From Thermoplasmatota archaeon (GTDB lineage Archaea > Thermoplasmatota > SW-10-69-26 > JACQPN01 > JAJPHT01), in the NCBI GenBank assembly GCA_035526585.1, contig DATLCC010000065.1, positions 11,581 to 75,580 of the forward strand: a stretch of 64,000 bases of DNA. The letters run 5' to 3'. A program made the translations under genes and the position numbers. Shown piece after piece: positions 59,601 through 64,000 of the stretch. Position 1 is the stretch's first letter, and every line of letters starts with the position of its first letter. The notes below the pieces were generated by a model, which was not told the DNA's origin, ran no database searches, and saw nothing but the letters and a program-made list of their open reading frames with translations.

Positions 59601-61464
59601 CGCGCAGGAGGAGCTCCTCGCCGAGGGCGGCGACTCGCTGAGCCTCAGCTTCCCCGACGACGGAACGTATCTCGTCGTCGCGCGCGCGACCGACAACGAG
59701 GGCGCGGAGAGCCTCAGCTCGATGCGCATCTGGGTCCTCAACCTACGCCCCGTCGCAGCCCTCACGGCCGCGCCGACTCTCGTGGGCACGGGCCAGGACG
59801 TGACGCTCGACGCGAGCGGCAGCAGCGACCCCGACGGCGCGATCGCCGAATACCGCTTCGATCCCGGCGACGGAACGGGCGTCTCGATCTGGAGCCAGCC
59901 CGTCGTCGCCCACACGTACGCGATCGCCGGCACGTTCCTCGCGACCGTGACCGTCGTCGACGACGACGGCAGCGACGCGACGAGCGACGCGGTCCAGATC
60001 GTCGTGAACGCGGCGCCCATCCTCGACGCGATCGGCAACAAGATCGTCGGCGAGGCCGAGGCGCTCGGCTTCACGGTGACGGCGAGCGACGCGGAGGGCG
60101 ACCCGCTGACCTTCAGCGCAGACGCGCTCCCCGCCGGCGCGACCTTCGACACCGCGACCGGAGAGTTCGCCTGGACGCCCGACTTCGGCACCGAGGGCAA
60201 CTACGTCGTCACCTTCGGCGTCACCGACGGTCTCAGCAGCGACAGCGAGCCGATCTACATCAGCGTCGGCAACGTGGACCGCCCGCCGGTCCTCGCGGGC
60301 GTGGGCGACAAGCTCGGAGCCGAGAACGCGCTCCTGACGTTCGCCCTCGCGGCGACGGACCCGGACGCCGCGGACACGCTGCGCTACACGGCGACGGGCC
60401 TGCCGCAGGGCGCGTCGCTGGGCGAGCTCACCGGCGTCTTCAGCTGGACGCCCAGCTACACGCAGGCGAACGACTACACGGTGACGTTCACCGTGAGCGA
60501 CGGCGAGATCACGGACAGCGAGACGGTCACGCTCGCGATCGCGAACGTCGACCGCGCGCCGGTCCTCCAGGCGATCGGCGCGACGAGCGTCAAGCAGCTC
60601 GCGACGGTCTCGATCCCGCTCACGGCGACGGACGCGGATGGCGACGCCATCACGTTCACGGCCGAGGGCGCGCCGGGCCTCAGCGTCGAGGACCGCGGCG
60701 CCGGGCATGGCGTGCTGCACTTCACGCCGCCGCTCGTGACGCCAGGCCCGTACGTCATCACGGTGTACGCGCTCTCGGGCGAGTCGTTCGCCGCGCAGTC
60801 CACGGTGATCACCGTCCTCTTCAAGACGGACTTCACCGTGAGCGGCGTGGGCACGACCTTCCTCAGCGCCTCGCCGGGCGAGACCGTCTCGCTGCACGCG
60901 CGCATCGCGAACACGGGCCCGCAGACGGACACGTTCGCGCTCGACCTCGGGCTCACGAGCTCGCTGTGGAAGCACACGGACCTGCCGCCCACGATCACGC
61001 TCGAGCCTGGCCAGGTGGCGGACCTCGACGTGGACGTCTCCGTGCCGCCCACGCAGCCCGTGACGTTCACGACCATCACCGCGACCTCGCTTGGCGACGG
61101 CACGACGGCGCGCACGCTGCGCTTCCGCATCGACGTCCCCGTCATCGTGACGCTCGCCGAGATGGGCCACCTGTCGAACGCGGTGGACGTCCCCCGCGGC
61201 GTCGTGCGCGTCACGCACCTCGACGGCACGCCCGCCGTCGCCGCGCTCGTCACGGTGTCCCAGATGCCTCCCGCGCTGGGCGGCAGCTTCCGCACGAGCG
61301 CGACGGGCTCGACGAACAGCTCCGGCGACTTCGCCTTCGACCTCTCGCAGGACCCGAGGGCGATGACGCCGGGCGAGCACCAGCTCGTCATCACGGCGAA
61401 GAAGGTCGGCGGCCTCGAGACGACGCTTGTCACCCGCTACTTCGTCGGGCGCGCGCCCATCTGA
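50695..61464 (+). CDS. Giant (about 3590 aa) secreted protein: BNR propeller, PKD repeats, S8 subtilase, Ig-like repeats
   Basis: GGAGG SD, signal peptide, Asp-boxes, WxFGDG PKD motifs, subtilase IDTG/HGS/SGNG/GTSFSSP, putative Ig repeats (LPAGATF...FAWTP). Confidence 0.92.
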   Translation: MSARRFASVVTLAMILPLALPLVPTALAVTASPPGPTLPGFAVFAAPSGAFHGGEPTVGINWQTDAMMYHSATTTYKVVANLAASPPTASWTDVSPPNSIENIDPMLFTDVGTGRTFAGGLDGECSIMSFTENDGADWTPVGNMCAGAIDHQSIGQGAWKEPRPIGATYDRATYYCAQGWVSFPQNACATSLDGGLTFLPPVMWDGNCFGLHGHVNVSTVTGTAFVPTRTCGGKAGMGWSDDNGATWHDKQIAPTNSPSNGFDPSIGVASGGRVWFAYESSSWLPYVAYSDDDGANFNILGTNIGADKGIQTATFMRAIAGDNDRIAVAYLGSTTDGNPFVANWPGVWDLYVSFSYDSGATWETVKVTSDPVQRGWMCSAGLSCNSGRNLLDFMGSTLDATGHVIVGFPDGCIGACASAFGTASQSTNNWPTIARQVTGKGLFAAYDPVSISLAPLTGTAGSPATLAGTATLSQPYSLVINWGDGSTQTVSSLTDAALSVAHTYLAAGTYTVTVDGTGASGDEASGSTSATISGGQGPGSSVLIDEPAAHETVGAAVHVVGRVVGDGSNLPPTAAFSFVVSGSSVAFDGTGSSDPESGALAYAWAFGDAATGAGATASHAYATPGTYDVCLTVADVGGLTDDACASVTIQGQASVDTIAEDAEGDEAANSLSGSNVPAMDILKLEITKNAAQEPVFILTLKDLQTDPPVTEAANGIYWAVDWRSPDNAHSYVQYSVTTTGAEPTVTCVYGIITVTQGQNIQENEGTTTCSTTLGPNGKLYLTYPSAGLEAHGFEADSTLGNVVGAAGTVLEVPEAASGFFAYDTTSAADHQLHAGVAPWQLIGSQPAHVAKAAPATPPANPQIVDKVSDPVGDNSPVGNIQSAWFDADPDNLYVGMKVADIPADSTATAFTYYSVNFQPAYEVDDPQWGATGTVTGLRVTALYSPVAFDSLPSVPHTEDATSFELQVLSINPTTGASNFGTLGVVTGTVDPNSDIIWWVVPRTLLQSPPGGALLDTTSAASAPAIAGAVTFGGALADTTGTGDAYSFPSVVVTPPTVTLSATPAAGAAPLSVTFAPTVTPASMATWNLDFGDGTPDATGTTSFPVLSHVYEGEGSYHAVLTVTAPNGGVGTGATDVTVGSTELPPVRVTVAAGNLPAVDAICVASCSDWSADLDLGSLPDGEVTLTATLLVNGNVVDTDATVVELATATSAITIDAPASGATIDVGTTLDVAGRIVGSTNLPPQASLAGDVGSGLAPLDVTFTLGGDDDSGIAGWRFSSGDGRIVDGTAILPLEIQHTYQTPGTYHPSFRVTDTNGVQATSTGQVVVQAENRLPTTPASPVPADAAANVPVGATLSWVSTDPDATPLTADVYLDAVDGTTLVASDQTGAYMPVGLLPSTTYFWHVDVSDGIATVAGPTWSFTTAAPVLTEAQKPHVVVALIDTGTNPYHTQFTRAGLVEDPSTYITGLASSQLKEVDLCFYDAATKTVDRTRCPSGFTSAWQQDVANGRWAGFGVSPLSAIGAGQGKVAWFPGTNMMVVSFAHDPSVAPVGVDTGVGLPLDAGDAHGSWTSSNVGGLTTGTCPECIVVMIEADSVDAISAGYRWAANQPWIDVITSSTSVGLVGAGWNPGDFFDTNSQAAKTTVTRGGLMFESSGNGVANAGVAPTSTYLYGNSNPWTIAVGCSADGTGQPCGYSDFPNPITASGDARMSASPASMSGTEPVGGTSFSSPSAAGVTARALYGIRAAVGDTGEGAKATATHSLVRIPSGYTLPARGPLANGELTRLELEEALFKTARRGIVPKVPTYLTPNSEIPQSPVSFVKEGYGDVYRGDWGVGHASAEATWASTGDIVSHILTPPATGAVWPNRFIEETWWETVVEPTQIALFGGDVPDTDGNDGFPMNAAGAQGGLQGYAGPAFGVSAHVPAITDANADVPVGVVPSASANRIYLHHANLGPDPADPVNDLIEFYMNTIVDPAGGTDCSGTEGCADQSGLGGTGGGTAAATQVYELSYPRLDGISLLDRSKDALVHIDATGFAGAPASPLTLHVALKTGESLVLAGDVTRSGTGTYELRGKPLVDSVSDPVTLTIGWDGPVYSFHVNSQGASYLDLPIQATLPPTDAVPVKYYVDDISTFTTNGGSVFLTRDATKVAGDADKVTFFPFPQVGGVKLNLASDDALAASQGVLADAGEAHIYICTSSTSQGGSPRVPPGGAAQYTAALALTIGNIPVGGGSVTTTIGGTDSSTNFIPLTIPLTLHTALFPADAPVTGTLTLNGPGGVFTENMGVCGGGGAHPWSIEFAYHELAAPTATIDAPGGALKGIATLTGTASFPAAPAAADVKWFAQDFDGWDTQVDSFTMDTGGPGAASGGPLFEPTPGGYVLTFKSARPVAQDAPRLSSAGVASAHFWVLGVPAAPDVTVDFSILLENAQGGQRLLGSGSETKHVMSELGAVAPFAESEYVVSFTPAILEPAADERLVMIVRVHHATIDATTTGVSSFGGDEAEPIYVSLPKDVSAAPTAQAIDLVIGPLAKTVPVTNGAWSTTIDTAQLANGQHAARATPHADYAGVVRSGIAALRGVTVSNTQGTLNTPPVADLTIPGASGAAPLRVVAQIAGSDAQTPAGQLAWRLDWGDGSAPASGTGVPATAVHTYGVANAVARLTVTDLGGEIGSDTAPVSAFEAPPVRRVLVSLGDGDLIDAVDEAGDGSFSTWSASVPANVAGDLELVAQELRGSDVRSTMTIPLHVIVPELPDVRILSPADGAVVAPGTLLSGTVSYETGPVESVVVYTATGPGVLATSGDGFATWSANVDDLGLTEDWPSYVHAVATSATGNGEAAVSLTLNAAPNAEIRAPFAPLAMSDASFEAVYVPSATEAPVASYAWSFGDGGTSTDANPTHVFAHSGTYELLLTVTDTNGASGSAASFVYVLNNAPIVTLDVDVAEPTVQDTVTFTSTADDIDGTIESLRISVYDAQEELLAEGGDSLSLSFPDDGTYLVVARATDNEGAESLSSMRIWVLNLRPVAALTAAPTLVGTGQDVTLDASGSSDPDGAIAEYRFDPGDGTGVSIWSQPVVAHTYAIAGTFLATVTVVDDDGSDATSDAVQIVVNAAPILDAIGNKIVGEAEALGFTVTASDAEGDPLTFSADALPAGATFDTATGEFAWTPDFGTEGNYVVTFGVTDGLSSDSEPIYISVGNVDRPPVLAGVGDKLGAENALLTFALAATDPDAADTLRYTATGLPQGASLGELTGVFSWTPSYTQANDYTVTFTVSDGEITDSETVTLAIANVDRAPVLQAIGATSVKQLATVSIPLTATDADGDAITFTAEGAPGLSVEDRGAGHGVLHFTPPLVTPGPYVITVYALSGESFAAQSTVITVLFKTDFTVSGVGTTFLSASPGETVSLHARIANTGPQTDTFALDLGLTSSLWKHTDLPPTITLEPGQVADLDVDVSVPPTQPVTFTTITATSLGDGTTARTLRFRIDVPVIVTLAEMGHLSNAVDVPRGVVRVTHLDGTPAVAALVTVSQMPPALGGSFRTSATGSTNSSGDFAFDLSQDPRAMTPGEHQLVITAKKVGGLETTLVTRYFVGRAPI

Positions 61465-61508
61465 CGCGGGCAGAAGGGCTAAGCCGGGGGTCCCGACATG
61501 GGACCCCC

Positions 61509-62246
61509 GTGCTCGGGGAACAAGGCGAGCCGCCGAAGCGGCTCGCCGGCGTCGACGAAGCCGGCCGCGGGCCCGTCCTGGGACCGCTCGTCGTCGCCGC
61601 CGTCCTCGTGGAGAACGAGCGCAAGCTCAAGCGGCTCGGCGTCAAGGACAGCAAGCTCCTCTCCGCGAAGAGGCGCGAGGAGCTCGAACCCGAGATCCGC
61701 AAGCTCGCCACGCAGGTCGAGGTCCGCGTCATCCCGCCCGAGGAGCTCAACGCGCGCATGCCAGGCCAGAACCTCAACGAGATCGAGGTCGAGGCCTTCG
61801 CCGAGCTCCTCGAGCGCCTCGCGCCCACCGTCGCCTACGTCGACGCATGCGACGTCGTCGCGGAGCGCTTCGGCCGCAACGTCGCCGCGCGCGTGACGCA
61901 CGTGTGCGCGATCCACGCCGAGCACGAGGCCGACGCCCGCCATCCGATCGTCGCGGCCGCGAGCATCGTCGCGAAGGTCGAGCGCGACCGGCGCATCGCA
62001 GAGCTTCAGAACGCGCACGGCGAGCTGGGGAGCGGCTACTCGCACGACGTCGTGACACAACGATGGCTCGCCGACTACGTCAAGGCGAACCGGCGCCTGC
62101 CCCCCTTCGCGCGCCGCGAGTGGGAGACCTCGCGCCGCCTCATGCAGCGCGACCTCACCGAATTCCTCGGGCCCGCCCCACCCCCGGCGCCCCCGGCCCA
62201 GGCCGCAAAGCCTAAGAAAGCCGCCGCCGGCTCCCGACGCAAGTGA
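61509..62246 (+). CDS. rnhB: Ribonuclease HII
   Basis: GVDEAGRGPVLGP, VKDSKLL, AAASIVAKV, GSGY. Confidence 0.95.
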   Translation: MLGEQGEPPKRLAGVDEAGRGPVLGPLVVAAVLVENERKLKRLGVKDSKLLSAKRREELEPEIRKLATQVEVRVIPPEELNARMPGQNLNEIEVEAFAELLERLAPTVAYVDACDVVAERFGRNVAARVTHVCAIHAEHEADARHPIVAAASIVAKVERDRRIAELQNAHGELGSGYSHDVVTQRWLADYVKANRRLPPFARREWETSRRLMQRDLTEFLGPAPPPAPPAQAAKPKKAAAGSRRK

Positions 62247-62593
62247 CCAAGTACCACACCGTGGAGGAATGCCTGAAGCGCATGGAGGAAGGCTTCTGGC
62301 GACGCTACCACGCCAACGCGGACCTCCGCGACAAGCTCGCCGGGAAAACGCGCGTCATCCAGCTCGCCCTCACCGACGGCCACGGCTACTGGTTCCACAT
62401 CGTCGACGGCCAGCTCGCCGCCATCCAGCACGGCACGCACGCCTCCCCCGACGCCATCGTGACCGTCTCCAAGCACGACCTCCTGGCCGTCTTCAACGGC
62501 GAGCTGAAAGCCATGCAGGCCTACCTCACGGGGCGAGTGCGCGTGAAGGCGAGCTTCGGCGACATGCTCTTCGCCAAGTCGCTCATCGGCTAG
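62243..62593 (+). CDS. SCP2 sterol/lipid-binding domain protein
   Basis: PDAIVTV, GELKAMQAYLTGRVRVK; GTGA overlap with rnhB. Confidence 0.88.
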   Translation: MTKYHTVEECLKRMEEGFWRRYHANADLRDKLAGKTRVIQLALTDGHGYWFHIVDGQLAAIQHGTHASPDAIVTVSKHDLLAVFNGELKAMQAYLTGRVRVKASFGDMLFAKSLIG

Positions 62594-62904
62594 CCGATGT
62601 CATCCAACGCACCCGCCAAGAGCGACTCCTCGTTCGACAACGCGCACGCCAACACGATGCTGAAAAGCTCCCACTGGGTGACGCTTCGACCATACCTCAC
62701 CCGGAACCAAGCCTTCAACGCATCCATGACGTCCTTGTCATCGGGACGCAACGCATACCCCGACACCTTCTGCACAACAGGCCCGTCCATCACCGGCTCG
62801 ACCTGCAGATGGCCACCCCGCGTCCCGGGCTTGGGCCAGCCGGTCGCGGTCGTCGGGTCGAAAGCCCGCGGCGAGATCGAAGTCGGGGATCGGCGAGAGG
62901 ACAT
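62590..62904 (-). CDS. Small hypothetical protein, possibly RHH-like
   Basis: KVSGYALRPDDKDVMDALKAWFRVRYGRSVTQWELFSIVL has a strand-helix-helix pattern; start 62904 or 62790. Confidence 0.55.
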   Translation of the reverse strand: MSSRRSPTSISPRAFDPTTATGWPKPGTRGGHLQVEPVMDGPVVQKVSGYALRPDDKDVMDALKAWFRVRYGRSVTQWELFSIVLACALSNEESLLAGALDDIG

Positions 62905-63040
62905 GCAAGGACCGAGATGACCGGGTAGGCCAAGGCCATTGTCCCCGCCTGGCTGCACGAGCAGGCTGGGCCGATGCCACCGGTCATGAACATTGTCCCC
63001 GCCGGGTCGCCTAAGCGCTCGCGCGTACTCTGCATGGCCA

Positions 63041-63094
63041 GCCTGGCTGGCCTAAGTGGCCTGATCAGACCAAGCCGCCTAAGCGGCCTGCGTT
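63041..63094. repeat. Six tandem 9-bp repeats (GCCT-core)
   Basis: gcctggctg gcctaagtg gcctgatca gaccaagcc gcctaagcg gcctgcgtt; extra copies at 62947 and 63009. Confidence 0.7.
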
Positions 63095-63119
63095 GGCGGC
63101 TCCGACACGTCCCCCCGGC

Positions 63120-64000
63120 TCACCCGATCGTCCCGGACCCCACGATCCGCTGGGCCGCGTTGTCCAGGTTGACGAGCACGGCGCGGTCGCCGGGGTCGTA
63201 CGCGAGCGGCTTGGAGAGCTCGAAGCTCACGGCGCCGTCCTTGCCTGCGGCGAGGTCGCTCTTGGCGCGGCAGGAGATGACTTGCCAGCCGTGCGCGAGG
63301 TGGTAGATGCCGTCCGCCTTGATGCCGGGGCGGAAGAAGGGGCTGACGCTCGTCTTCAGGGTGATGATGGCGTTCGCGTCGGCGACGCTCACGGTGCCTT
63401 CGGGGGCGAGGACGAAGCCGCGGTCGAGGTCGTCGTTCTCGATGTTCTTGAGCGCGAGGCCGACGTGGTCGCCGGTGTGGGCTTCGTTCACGTCGGTGTC
63501 GTGGACCTGGATGCTGCGGACGACGGCGCCTTTGGCGCTCGGGTAGGCGCGTAGGGCGTCGTGCTTCTTGATGGTGCCTTGTTTCACGAATCCGAGGATC
63601 ACGGTGCCGACGCCTTTGACGTTGAAGTGGTGGTCGATCGGGATGCGGACGGGGCCTTGGCGCGGTGCGCTGGCGAGGGCGACGAGTTTTTGGCGGATGC
63701 TCGCGGGCTTGTCGTCGGTCGTGATCTCCATGCCTGCGAGCGTCGTGCCTTTGAGGAGCGGCGCGATCTGCTCGGGCTGGACGTAGTTCTGGAGGACGAT
63801 GAGTCCGCGTGTGTGGCCTGCGGCCGCGGCGGCGACGATGCTTTCGCCCAGGTCGCGGTTCACGGCGTTCACGACGATGAGGAGCGCGTCGGCGGCGTTG
63901 ACGGCGTAGCAGAGGGCGTGGACCTTCTCGGGGTAGCGGAAGGGGACGACCATCGAGACGTGCGTGTCGCCCTCCTTGAAGGTGATGAGCTGCACGTCGC
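63120..64000 (-). CDS. Archaeal SelB-like (EF-Tu domain II) protein, 5' end outside the window
   Basis: IPIDHHFNVKGVGTVILG, VRSIQVHD, GDHVGLALK, DLDRGFVL. Confidence 0.88.
   Translation of the reverse strand, partial: DVQLITFKEGDTHVSMVVPFRYPEKVHALCYAVNAADALLIVVNAVNRDLGESIVAAAAAGHTRGLIVLQNYVQPEQIAPLLKGTTLAGMEITTDDKPASIRQKLVALASAPRQGPVRIPIDHHFNVKGVGTVILGFVKQGTIKKHDALRAYPSAKGAVVRSIQVHDTDVNEAHTGDHVGLALKNIENDDLDRGFVLAPEGTVSVADANAIITLKTSVSPFFRPGIKADGIYHLAHGWQVISCRAKSDLAAGKDGAVSFELSKPLAYDPGDRAVLVNLDNAAQRIVGSGTIG

Noticed and set aside
63120..64000. Selenocysteine machinery (SelB)
   Set aside because: The protein is short and lacks SelB domain IV; no in-frame UGA genes or tRNA-Sec were seen, so it fits the SelB-like family.

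Overview
Very GC-rich chromosomal DNA from an archaeon, probably a non-halophilic Thermoplasmatota-like lineage. This is inferred from Sua5, Trm1, a THEP1 NTPase, TrmB regulators, an archaeosortase, an archaeal SelB-like factor and TATA-like boxes about 25-30 nt before start codons. The window holds roughly 55 genes. They include housekeeping genes (sua5, slyD-type FKBP, sufD-S-U-C, ubiX/ubiD, trm1, cutA, rnhB), metabolic enzymes and several lipoproteins. There is also an artA-psd-pssA lipid-anchoring cluster next to three related secreted BNR-propeller proteins, the largest about 3590 aa with an embedded subtilase. No rRNA, tRNA, CRISPR array or transposase was recognised. The best candidate for an undescribed system is regulatory. 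A palindromic GTAAC-N6-GTTAC box occurs three times, each 210-214 nt upstream of a start codon, in front of (i) a tandem array of ribbon-helix-helix paralogs that ends in a ribbon-less copy, (ii) the giant secreted proteins and (iii) a candidate structured RNA with repeated anti-Shine-Dalgarno CCUCC loops. Other leads are two DedA proteins sharing an unrecognised N-terminal domain, a Cys-bearing small protein coupled to a second cysteine desulfurase, a CorA without GMN, a REC-TrmB pair behind an inverted-repeat-bounded segment, and an RHH-like gene behind 9-bp iterons. All calls are by eye from motifs; no searches were run.
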